64,000 nucleotides of DNA. Origin: a virus. Lineage: Duplodnaviria; Caudoviricetes. The notes beneath the pieces were generated by a model, which saw only the letters and a program-made list of their open reading frames with translations, was not told the DNA's origin and ran no database searches. The DNA is taken from positions 75,447 through 139,446 of the IMG/VR virus record IMGVR_UViG_3300032295_000548; one strand, 5' to 3'. The translations under genes and the position numbers were made by a program. Shown here in pieces: positions 47,735-56,307 of this stretch (position 1 is its first letter; every line of letters starts with the position of its first letter).

Positions 47735-48003
47735 TTAAAGATTTAGAACAAGAACTAGCAGAAAAGTTGAGCAACGAAATGGCAGAAGAATTTGACTGGG
47801 AACTAATATGCGATCTTCTTAAAGAAGTAGGATGGGTCAAAGTAGCTATATCTGAGCCATGGTCAAACATGACTGCATCATTTGCACATGAGATTAAAGA
47901 ATGGTGCAAAGAAAATGTAAAGGGCCATTATAAAGCAAGAGGTCGTGTGTGGATGTTTGAAAAAGCACAAGATGCTGAATGGTTTATGTTGAGGTGGTCA
48001 TGA
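47731..48003 (+). CDS. Small paralog-array protein 7
   Basis: WCKEN...FEKAQDAEWFMLRWS. Confidence 0.7.
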   Translation: MIKDLEQELAEKLSNEMAEEFDWELICDLLKEVGWVKVAISEPWSNMTASFAHEIKEWCKENVKGHYKARGRVWMFEKAQDAEWFMLRWS

Positions 48004-48353
48004 GTTTTAAAGTAAAAAAATTTGATGCACAAGGTGTTACTTATATGGTAGACTGGCCACAAACAACAGAGATGATTAAGCATATCAAGAAAACAGACTT
48101 GTTTGAGATTATGTTTAGAACCGTTCGTAGTGACCACGCCGGACTTGCTATCAAATTAAATAACAATGAGTATGATATTATGTGGGTGAACAGTGATATT
48201 TGGTTCAACAAGAAGAACTACACTGAATATGTACGAGATATGTACGAGATTGTTGGACTAGCGTTTAAAAACGAAATAGAAGCAGACCGTTGCGTTGAGG
48301 TAATGAGCAAAGAACTAATGTGGAGAATACTCGATGGCAATTACACCGTTTGA
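48000..48353 (+). CDS. Small protein, divergent array member 8
   Basis: FKNEIEA; ATGA start. Confidence 0.6.
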   Translation: MSFKVKKFDAQGVTYMVDWPQTTEMIKHIKKTDLFEIMFRTVRSDHAGLAIKLNNNEYDIMWVNSDIWFNKKNYTEYVRDMYEIVGLAFKNEIEADRCVEVMSKELMWRILDGNYTV

Positions 48354-48582
48354 TACAATAGCACCTTATATAGAATTTGTTGAATACAAATGTTTGAACC
48401 CGCGTGATTCTAATAAAGTCATCTTTCGATGCTCCGGCGATCCTACAACTATCATTAAGTGGTGTCGCAGAAACTTTGGTAACAGGGGTGATGGATGGGA
48501 TTTTTCAGGATCGGGTAAAACATTAGATATTACAATATGGTCTACAAAACTGATAACTATGTATGAATTATGGCAGAACTAA
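48334..48582 (+). CDS. Small paralog-array protein 9
   Basis: WCRRNFG.RG.GWDF...TMYELW. Confidence 0.65.
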   Translation: MAITPFDTIAPYIEFVEYKCLNPRDSNKVIFRCSGDPTTIIKWCRRNFGNRGDGWDFSGSGKTLDITIWSTKLITMYELWQN

Positions 48583-49268
48583 CAAACGGACAGGGATATG
48601 ATGTAGCTATCAGTTATATTCCAGAGAAACTAATTGATGCAGTTGTAGCAAAGCTTGACATACTACAACCAGTACGTGCAAGTAGCGCAAATCGCACATA
48701 TGCCGAGCGTGAACAGATTAAAGACTTACCTGATATCAGCGTCTGGTGGAGTCAAATGGTTATGGATTGGCCCGAAGTCATAGAAATTGAATCGATGGTA
48801 AGTGAATTGATTAAGCCACAACTACCACTAGCTGACTGGTATGCTAGTGACATTGTAGTTATTGAAGGGCATAGCAATTGGGTCAACCCTCATGTAGATA
48901 CACCACATCGTTTTAAGAAATACAACTATGACAAACGACTATTGGGTGTGCAAGCAATCGTATCATTATTTGATTTGGATAAGTCTAGGGGTGTTACTGG
49001 TATAGTACCGGGAAGTCAGAAGCAAGATCACAATATCAACTTGTGCTATCAGGGCTTTTATAATTCAATGTTTTTGAAAAAGTGTGTTCAGCCTACTTTA
49101 CCCAAAGGTAGTGTTCTCTACTATAACTGTAGAGTATTGCACTCCAGTATGCCCAATTCACATGACCAATCTCGCCAGGCTCTATTGTTTAATTATTTAG
49201 ATCGTAGTATAATTGATGATATCCGAACTATGGATAACATATGGAAAAGCAATAAAGATGGCGAATGA
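48570..49268 (+). CDS. PhyH-like 2OG-Fe(II) dioxygenase
   Basis: PHVD, G.T..VPGS, GS......VLHSS..N....R. Confidence 0.85.
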   Translation: MAELTNGQGYDVAISYIPEKLIDAVVAKLDILQPVRASSANRTYAEREQIKDLPDISVWWSQMVMDWPEVIEIESMVSELIKPQLPLADWYASDIVVIEGHSNWVNPHVDTPHRFKKYNYDKRLLGVQAIVSLFDLDKSRGVTGIVPGSQKQDHNINLCYQGFYNSMFLKKCVQPTLPKGSVLYYNCRVLHSSMPNSHDQSRQALLFNYLDRSIIDDIRTMDNIWKSNKDGE

Positions 49269-49812
49269 CATTATGATTGACATTGAGAGTTTAGATACAC
49301 GCCCTGATTGTGTTATCTTAACTATCGGTGCAGTACGATTTGATCCTAAAGGCAATGGGGTAGTTGAAAGATTAGAACTACGACCTACAATCGAAGATCA
49401 AACAGAAATTTACAATAGGAGTATCAATGAAGATACATTACGGTGGTGGTCTACACAGAGTCCTGAGGCACTTGAAGAAGCACTGGGAGACCAAGGACGT
49501 CAACCATTTAGTGAGTGCATGGAGACCCTTTATAAGTTTTGTTGGAATCGCCGTGCTGTGTGGAGCAATGGCGCTCCATTTGACCTTGTCGTCATGGAGC
49601 ATGCCTGGAGACAAGTTAGTGACAAGCCAAATCCTATACCCTGGCCATTCTGGTCAATGCGGGATACAAGAACATTGTGGGATATCGCAGGAGTCAAACT
49701 CAAAGACGGTGGACACGTTACTAGTCACAAAGCAGTAGAAGATGCTGAAAGACAGGCTATTGTAGTGCAAGACGCATACCGAAAATTAATTAAGGCTGGA
49801 TTAATCACATGA
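49258..49812 (+). CDS. DEDDh 3'-5' exonuclease (DexA/Rv2179c-like)
   Basis: MIDIES, WSNG..FD, RDTRT, HKAVEDA. Confidence 0.88.
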   Translation: MANDIMIDIESLDTRPDCVILTIGAVRFDPKGNGVVERLELRPTIEDQTEIYNRSINEDTLRWWSTQSPEALEEALGDQGRQPFSECMETLYKFCWNRRAVWSNGAPFDLVVMEHAWRQVSDKPNPIPWPFWSMRDTRTLWDIAGVKLKDGGHVTSHKAVEDAERQAIVVQDAYRKLIKAGLIT

Positions 49813-50270
49813 AAATATATGGACAAGAATTACCCGGTGTCAAAGTTATACAACGCAGACAGTACCCTGACAATAGAGGCAACTTTAGTGAGACATGGAA
49901 GATTACAGAAGATGGTATGAGAGGAACATATCGTCAACTTAATACTGCAAAGTCTGTTCAGTATGTAATCCGAGGCATGCATAGACAAGATCAAACTAAA
50001 CTAGTGATGCCAGCAGTAGGTAAAATATTTGATGTAGCACTAGAACCTGAAACTGGTAAGTGGTTTGCTGTTGAATTAGATGAAACTAATGGTCTACTAA
50101 TTCCACCGCAATATGCACATGGTTATATGGCATTGACTGAAGGTGCAATAATTCAGTACATTGTTGACATGCCATATCACAAAGAACTTGAAGAAAACTT
50201 TAAATGGGATCAGTACAATATAGAATGGCCTACTACTGTAACTCCCATACTATCGGAGAAAGATAAATGA
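49809..50270 (+). CDS. rmlC: dTDP-4-dehydrorhamnose 3,5-epimerase
   Basis: DNRGNFSE, IRGMH.Q.Q.KLV, IPP..AHGY, LSEKD. Confidence 0.9.
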   Translation: MKIYGQELPGVKVIQRRQYPDNRGNFSETWKITEDGMRGTYRQLNTAKSVQYVIRGMHRQDQTKLVMPAVGKIFDVALEPETGKWFAVELDETNGLLIPPQYAHGYMALTEGAIIQYIVDMPYHKELEENFKWDQYNIEWPTTVTPILSEKDK

Positions 50271-50752
50271 AAATAGGATTTAATTGCAGTAGTTTTGACT
50301 TGTTACATGCAGGTCATGTAACTATGCTAAAGATGGAAAAACAATTGTGCGACTACTTAATTGTTGCATTACAAATTGACCCTACCATTGACAGACCCGG
50401 TGTCAAAAACAAACCCATTCAAAGTGCATATGAACGCTATGTTCAATTACAGGCTTGCAAGTATGTAGATGAAATTCTTATCTACGAAACTGAATATGAC
50501 CTGCTTCAATTGCTAATGACACAGAAGATTGACATTCGATTCCTCAGCGATGAATACTTGAATAGAGACTTCACCGGTAAACAATGGTGCATGAACAACG
50601 GGGTCGAGTTACATTATCATAAACGTAATCATGATTATAGTTCAAGTGAACTCAGAGCCAGAACTGCTAGACTTGAACGACTAAAGGGTGTAGAATCAAT
50701 TGATGAGGAACCCCCACAGTATTCACCTGATCTGGTAAAGAAACATTCATGA
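50267..50752 (+). CDS. TagD-like cytidylyltransferase
   Basis: FDLLHAGH, CKYVDE, YSSSELR. Confidence 0.88.
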   Translation: MKIGFNCSSFDLLHAGHVTMLKMEKQLCDYLIVALQIDPTIDRPGVKNKPIQSAYERYVQLQACKYVDEILIYETEYDLLQLLMTQKIDIRFLSDEYLNRDFTGKQWCMNNGVELHYHKRNHDYSSSELRARTARLERLKGVESIDEEPPQYSPDLVKKHS

Positions 50753-51330
50753 AATTCAACAGTGACATTGACATTGACTTTGGAGATAGAGAAAAAGTAT
50801 TGTCTCTGATCGACCATATTCCAGCCGCGATGCGTAAGGTTAGTCCTATGCGTAAACACGCTACTGGTGTCCATGTCACCGAAATACCTTACGATCCTGT
50901 ATATGGTATGTCTAGTTTAGATTATGCAGATGCAGAAAAACGAGGGTATTTAAAACTAGACTTATTGAACGTGCATGTCTATAATATGGTTCGTGATGAA
51001 CAGCATCTCATTGAGTTGATGCGAGAACCTGATTGGTCTAAATTAAAAAATAAAGACTTTGTTGAGAAGTTGATTCATTTGGGCAATCAATATAGCACAC
51101 TAAGATCGATGCCAGAACCAATTGATAGTATCCCTAGACTAGCTATGTTCTTAGCTATTATTAGACCAGGTAAAAAACATTTGATCGGGAAGAGTTGGAA
51201 AGATGTAGCAAAAACAGTGTGGGATAAGGGAAGTGACGGATATACGTTTAAAAAGAGTCATGCAATTGCCTACTCACATTTAGTAGTAGTTCACATGAAT
51301 TTACTAGAAGAAGTTATGGTAATCGTTTAA
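50749..51330 (+). CDS. Miniature DnaE (Pol III alpha) palm/fingers fragment, 193 aa
   Basis: DIDIDF, KHATGV, GYLKLDLL, LAIIRPG and GYTFKKSHAIAY in DnaE order. Confidence 0.85.
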   Translation: MKFNSDIDIDFGDREKVLSLIDHIPAAMRKVSPMRKHATGVHVTEIPYDPVYGMSSLDYADAEKRGYLKLDLLNVHVYNMVRDEQHLIELMREPDWSKLKNKDFVEKLIHLGNQYSTLRSMPEPIDSIPRLAMFLAIIRPGKKHLIGKSWKDVAKTVWDKGSDGYTFKKSHAIAYSHLVVVHMNLLEEVMVIV

Positions 51331-51694
51331 CTAACGTAATACTGCGTCTTTTTGACCTACGTTTATGAAGTTCATTCATACTAGTAATAGGTCCATGTAA
51401 TACAGCTAAGTTCTTATTTGTAAACGTTCTTAGATACGGCTTAAAAATAGCCCAATCTTCTTTGAGAAACAGGTTAATGGGAATCAGTCTATTTGATTCC
51501 CACCACCATATGTCTCCTAATTCTAAAAATCTAGCCCTAGCTTCTGATTCTATGATAGCGCCGTAATCATAGATTGTGGTAACCACATCATCCCTGTTCT
51601 GTATGATACCTACATAATCTTGGTTAGCATATGAACACACCGTTATGAATGGATGATTCTCGCTAAGTTTTCTGAAAAACTCGTTTTGTGCCAT
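51314..51694 (-). CDS. Conserved hypothetical protein
   Basis: 126 aa, WWWESNR.IPINLFL; minus-strand TAAATA boxes at 51717 and 51752. Confidence 0.75.
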   Translation of the reverse strand: MAQNEFFRKLSENHPFITVCSYANQDYVGIIQNRDDVVTTIYDYGAIIESEARARFLELGDIWWWESNRLIPINLFLKEDWAIFKPYLRTFTNKNLAVLHGPITSMNELHKRRSKRRSITLVKRLP

Positions 51695-51786
51695 TTATTC
51701 TTTTCAACAATGATTATATTTACTACCGGTCGCCCGAAGTTAATATTTTAATATTTAGGAGCTAAATACACTAAAGGACCTCATCT

Positions 51787-52566
51787 GTGTATTCTACCCC
51801 AGTTTTCATTTATACCCAACGACAGATTGTTGTACTACTTTCCGGCAATTCAGCGAGGAGATATATGCCTGTATACGCAAAACCATTAACATTGCACAAA
51901 GGAGTTGATAACCAAATTCAATTCCAATTCTTGAACCAAGAACAAAAACCCGTTGATATTACGGGCAAGGAGATATCCTGCAGAATTATCAGCTACGATG
52001 GTTCAGAAGTTTTATTACGCAAAGCACTAACACCTACATTGGCGCTTAACGGCTTGGCGGTATTGACACTAAATGCATCAGACATTGAAGACATTCCTGC
52101 ACAACAAGCACACTATTCATTAGAAATTCCAGTAGGACAATTTGGATTCCCAGTATTCGTAGATCAAAACGCGGGCGCCCGTGGGGATATGAACATAGTT
52201 AATTCAGTACTTCCAGCATTCATACCTTCAGCAAACGTAACCATCCCCACAGGGCAACCGTTCCCCAATATTGATTCTAACAATAGCATAGCAAACGTTT
52301 TACCAAACGCAAACACATATTATTCTAGTGTAATTAGTACAGAGAACAATCCAGTGTTGACGTTACAAACTTCCTTCTACCAATACAATGGTGATGTAAC
52401 CGTGGAAGGATCGACTATTGTTGACAATGATTGGTACCCAATCACAACTGCGACGTACTCAAACAACAGCACAACCCAAGGATATGTCATTGAAGGATAT
52501 CACCCATATGTTAGAATGACATTCACTAGCAATACGGGCGCAATCACAAACATCTTGTCTAGATAA
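51787..52566 (+). CDS. Late beta-rich, probably structural protein
   Basis: TAAATA 51763, SD AAGGA, GTG start; KGVDN.I.F...N..QKPVD. Confidence 0.65.
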   Translation: MYSTPVFIYTQRQIVVLLSGNSARRYMPVYAKPLTLHKGVDNQIQFQFLNQEQKPVDITGKEISCRIISYDGSEVLLRKALTPTLALNGLAVLTLNASDIEDIPAQQAHYSLEIPVGQFGFPVFVDQNAGARGDMNIVNSVLPAFIPSANVTIPTGQPFPNIDSNNSIANVLPNANTYYSSVISTENNPVLTLQTSFYQYNGDVTVEGSTIVDNDWYPITTATYSNNSTTQGYVIEGYHPYVRMTFTSNTGAITNILSR

Positions 52567-52578
52567 TTACCAAGACTG

Positions 52579-52607
52579 TTGCTTATTGATACATACTATG
52601 CTAAAAT
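52579..52607 (+). promoter_or_regulatory. Promoter TTGCTT-17-TAAAAT; primase gene is leaderless
   Basis: Extended -10 TG; ATG 6 nt downstream. Confidence 0.6.
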
Positions 52608-52613
52608 CGTAGT

Positions 52614-53603
52614 ATGTTTGATATCCTATCTATTGTTCCGGGCAGAAAGAAACTATCCCAAAGTGGGTGGCATAGTTTCAACGCAATCTGCTGTCACAAT
52701 CGTGGGCACAAACCAGACAAGCGTAGTCGAGGTGGCATTCACTTGGATGGTAACAATTGGTCTTATCATTGTTTCAACTGCGGTTTCAAATGTGGTTTTG
52801 TACTAGGCAAAACAATATCTAATTCATCTAGACTGTTATTGAAATGGTGCGGCATTGATGAAACTCAAATACAAAAGTGGAACTTAGAAAGTCTACAAAA
52901 CAAAGATTTACTTGACTTGGTTAGAACCAGAAGTCGAGCAGAAATCAAATTCAGTCATAAGCCATTACCCGAAGAGGCTGAGAGTTTAGATTTAGATAAT
53001 CCTAAACATCATAGATACATTGAATATCTTGAACGAAGGGGCATTCATTTTGATAGTTATCCCTTTAGTGTGACACCAGATAGTACTGGGCGAATAGGTT
53101 CTAGAAAAGAACATCGCATCATCATTCCTTATTTCTACAAAGGAAAAATAGTAGGTCATACTAGTAGGTTCTTAGATAACAAATCTCCTAAGTACTTTAA
53201 TGTGCAACAGCCCGGATATGTATTCAACATTGATGCACAAAAGTTTAATTGGTCAACATGTATTGTTACTGAAGGTATATTCGATGCATTGAGTGTAGAT
53301 GGTGTAGCATTGATGCATGATGATATTAGCAACGAACAAGCACAGTTATTGAATTCATTGAACAGAACTATTATCGTTGTCCCTGACAGAGACAAGACTG
53401 GATTCAAAATGATTGATAGAGCATTAGAATTGGGATACAAAGTCAGTCTACCAGATTGGGGACCTGATGTAAAAGATGCAAATGATGCATTGTTAAAATA
53501 CGGTAAGCTATCTACAGTGTTAAGTATCTTACAGAACGCAACAAATAGTAAAATTAAAATAGAAATGCAGAGGAAGAAAATTGGCAAACAAATCGGAATT
53601 TAA
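52614..53603 (+). CDS. DNA primase (T4 gp61-like; zinc-binding and TOPRIM domains)
   Basis: CC.....YHCFNCG, IIIP, KY, VTEGIFDA, PDRD..G, KDAND. Confidence 0.9.
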   Translation: MFDILSIVPGRKKLSQSGWHSFNAICCHNRGHKPDKRSRGGIHLDGNNWSYHCFNCGFKCGFVLGKTISNSSRLLLKWCGIDETQIQKWNLESLQNKDLLDLVRTRSRAEIKFSHKPLPEEAESLDLDNPKHHRYIEYLERRGIHFDSYPFSVTPDSTGRIGSRKEHRIIIPYFYKGKIVGHTSRFLDNKSPKYFNVQQPGYVFNIDAQKFNWSTCIVTEGIFDALSVDGVALMHDDISNEQAQLLNSLNRTIIVVPDRDKTGFKMIDRALELGYKVSLPDWGPDVKDANDALLKYGKLSTVLSILQNATNSKIKIEMQRKKIGKQIGI

Positions 53604-55023
53604 GTTAGAATACACAACGGAAGTACAGAAGTGGTTTCTGAGGATGATGTTGACAGATGCTCAACTATACACACGTGTAGCTAACATTATCAATTCAGAG
53701 AATTTTGAAAGATCACTTAGACCAGTAGTTGAAATGTTTAAGGAAAGTGCAGAAAAGTTTAGCACTATTCCAGAACCAGAATTCATCGAAGCAAGTACAA
53801 ACATTAAACTTGAACCTATCGAAAATATCACTCCTGGACATACTGAAAAGTTCTTGGAAGAATTTGAGAAGTTCACAAAGAGACAAGAACTAGAACGTGC
53901 TATTCTTAAAGCGGCTGACATGCTTGAGAAGGGTGATTATGGTCCAGTTGAAAAACTAGTTAAAGATGCAGTACAAATCAGTCTACAAAAAGACATGGGT
54001 ACAGATTACTTTGCTGACCCTAAAGCACGTATTAACAAATACTTTAATGCTGGTGGTCAAGTATCTACAGGCTGGCCTCAAATGGACAAACTATTATATG
54101 GTGGTTTCAGTCGAGGTGAATTGAACATTTTTGCAGGTGGCTCAGGATCAGGTAAATCATTGGTTATGATGAACATTGCATTGAACTGGTTGCAACGAGG
54201 ACTCAGTGGTGTTTACATCTCACTAGAACTTTCAGAAGAACTAACATCACTAAGAACTGATGCTATGTTAACCAGCATGAGTACTAGAGACATTCGTAAA
54301 GATATCGATACTACTGAACTCAAAGTTAAGATGGTTGGTAAACAATCAGGTAAGTATCGTGTTAAGGGTATGCCTGCACAAAGTACAGTCAACGACATTC
54401 GTGCATACTTGAAAGAAGTACAGATTCAGACAGGTATCAAAGTTGACTTTGTAATGGTTGACTACTTAGACTTGGTTATGCCGGTGAGTGTTAAAGTTAA
54501 TCCTAACGATCAATTTATTAAAGACAAGTACGTTTCAGAAGAATTGCGTAACTTAGCAAAAGAACTAGGGATTCTATTAGTTACTGCCTCACAGTTGAAT
54601 CGTAGTGCGGTTGAAGAAATTGAATTCGATCACAGTCACATTGCTGGTGGTATCAGTAAGATTAACACAGCAGATAACGTGTTCGGTATCTTTACAAGTC
54701 GTAGTATGCGTGAACGTGGTAAGTATCAGATACAGTGTATGAAATCACGTAGTTCAACGGGCGTGGGTCAGAAGATTGACTTAGAGTATAATATTGAGAC
54801 AATGCGTATTACTGACGAAGATCCTGACGGATACGCAGATCAACAAGCAAAGTATGCTCCTAAATCTAGTCCTAATGATTTAATGAATAAGCTAAAAACA
54901 CAGTCTATAGTGACTGAAAAAGTCGATCCTATAACAGGGGAAATTGAGCCGGAAAATAAGCGTGTTGTAGCGGATGTACAGGGTACTAAACTAAAAGCCC
55001 TGTTGAATTCGCTAAAGAAGTAA
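53581..55023 (+). CDS. Replicative DnaB-like helicase (T4 gp41-like)
   Basis: GGSGSGKS, SLELSE, VDYLDL, TASQLNR, MKSR; TTG start. Confidence 0.93.
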   Translation: MANKSEFKLEYTTEVQKWFLRMMLTDAQLYTRVANIINSENFERSLRPVVEMFKESAEKFSTIPEPEFIEASTNIKLEPIENITPGHTEKFLEEFEKFTKRQELERAILKAADMLEKGDYGPVEKLVKDAVQISLQKDMGTDYFADPKARINKYFNAGGQVSTGWPQMDKLLYGGFSRGELNIFAGGSGSGKSLVMMNIALNWLQRGLSGVYISLELSEELTSLRTDAMLTSMSTRDIRKDIDTTELKVKMVGKQSGKYRVKGMPAQSTVNDIRAYLKEVQIQTGIKVDFVMVDYLDLVMPVSVKVNPNDQFIKDKYVSEELRNLAKELGILLVTASQLNRSAVEEIEFDHSHIAGGISKINTADNVFGIFTSRSMRERGKYQIQCMKSRSSTGVGQKIDLEYNIETMRITDEDPDGYADQQAKYAPKSSPNDLMNKLKTQSIVTEKVDPITGEIEPENKRVVADVQGTKLKALLNSLKK

Positions 55024-55052
55024 TCAAGCATAAATACAATTAGGACAAATTT

Positions 55053-55301
55053 ATGCAAAAGAAAACCCGCTCCCTTCTAGAAGAACTAGAATCTATTGGT
55101 AATAACCGTGACATGACTCATATTATTGAGAACCGTGCTCACAACATCATTACTAGTGCGATCAATCTTATTGAACTTATCAATAAACACTATGATAAGG
55201 ATACTTCTGAGCTATTGGAAAAGAAGTTATTAAGCGCAATAAAGGGTCGTGACCAAGCAAGATTTGCCAAAAGTATAAGGAAGAATCATGAGGCTGAATG
55301 A
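55053..55301 (+). CDS. Hypothetical late protein
   Basis: TAAATA at 55031. Confidence 0.7.
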   Translation: MQKKTRSLLEELESIGNNRDMTHIIENRAHNIITSAINLIELINKHYDKDTSELLEKKLLSAIKGRDQARFAKSIRKNHEAE

Positions 55302-56307
55302 TATAAAGGTAAAACCCGTACATAGAGTTAATGAAAAGTTAGAAAACTGGATCGGTAATTACGGTGCTTCCGCTGTTCAACAAATGAAGAACAGACTTAA
55401 GGGTGATACCGAAGGAGAATTATCTGTTGCAGAAAAGATGGGCAAAAATAAGTTCATCAACGATTTTGTAGCAAGAGCATATGCAACATTGAACAGTGAG
55501 ATACAAAGCGGTCGAGTAGACCCTAGTTTATCAGGAAAAACAGAACCTCAAGCTGAACCTCAAGCTGAACCTAAAGAAAAACCTGCTGAACCTCAAGGTC
55601 AAGCATTGGATTTGGATGCATTGAAAAAACGCCGAGAAGCTGAAAAGGCGGCCGGCATACAAGCACAACAAGATGCACAGGCTCAGATGAAGAAAACTGC
55701 TGATGCAAATGCGGCCTCATCTGCGGCCGATAATGCACTAGTAGCAAGAGTTCGTGCTGAGAAAGAGAAACCTGGATTTCAACAAGATAAAGGATTGATA
55801 CGTCAAGCCGCAGTAAAAGGCATACATGAAAGACGTTATCAAAAATTGAATTCGATATTTGAAAGCCTACTACAAGAAGCAGAATCTGTAGGGCAGTTTT
55901 TCAAAAGATGGTTACCTACTTATGCAAAAGGTGTGGATTTATCAGACTCCCATACACAAGAATTAATTCAAAAAATCGAAGATACATATGCACAAGATAA
56001 GGGCAAGACTGCACTGACTCAACTAGCGAATGCGGCATATGCCGCTAGTTTTGCTCCTGGATTTGGTAGTCAGGCACAGCAAGGCAAACCGGGTCAGCAA
56101 GGTGCACAAGCATCAGACGCTATGGTGAAGGCTATTAGTACTGCATCAAATGCTAAAGAACTTGCGGCTGGAATCAGAACTGCAATGACAAGATTGAACG
56201 CATTAGATAAAACAGCGTATACTAGTTTTGTACAAGAACTAGTTAAGGCAGCAAACACCCCAGCCCCGGCTGCTCCAGTGTCAGAAGCAAAGAAAAGTAG
56301 AAAATGA
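55288..56307 (+). CDS. Ala/Gln-rich late protein, possibly head-internal
   Basis: MRLNDI start, EPQA repeats, xxE sites. Confidence 0.65.
   Translation: MRLNDIKVKPVHRVNEKLENWIGNYGASAVQQMKNRLKGDTEGELSVAEKMGKNKFINDFVARAYATLNSEIQSGRVDPSLSGKTEPQAEPQAEPKEKPAEPQGQALDLDALKKRREAEKAAGIQAQQDAQAQMKKTADANAASSAADNALVARVRAEKEKPGFQQDKGLIRQAAVKGIHERRYQKLNSIFESLLQEAESVGQFFKRWLPTYAKGVDLSDSHTQELIQKIEDTYAQDKGKTALTQLANAAYAASFAPGFGSQAQQGKPGQQGAQASDAMVKAISTASNAKELAAGIRTAMTRLNALDKTAYTSFVQELVKAANTPAPAAPVSEAKKSRK

Noticed and set aside
24175-55023. Introns or inteins in thyA, terminase, uvsX, uvsW or helicase
   Set aside because: All are uninterrupted and of ordinary length; no splicing motifs or homing endonucleases seen
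55543-55570. GAACCTCAAGCT tandem repeat
   Set aside because: Short coding EPQA linker with no sign of a separate function
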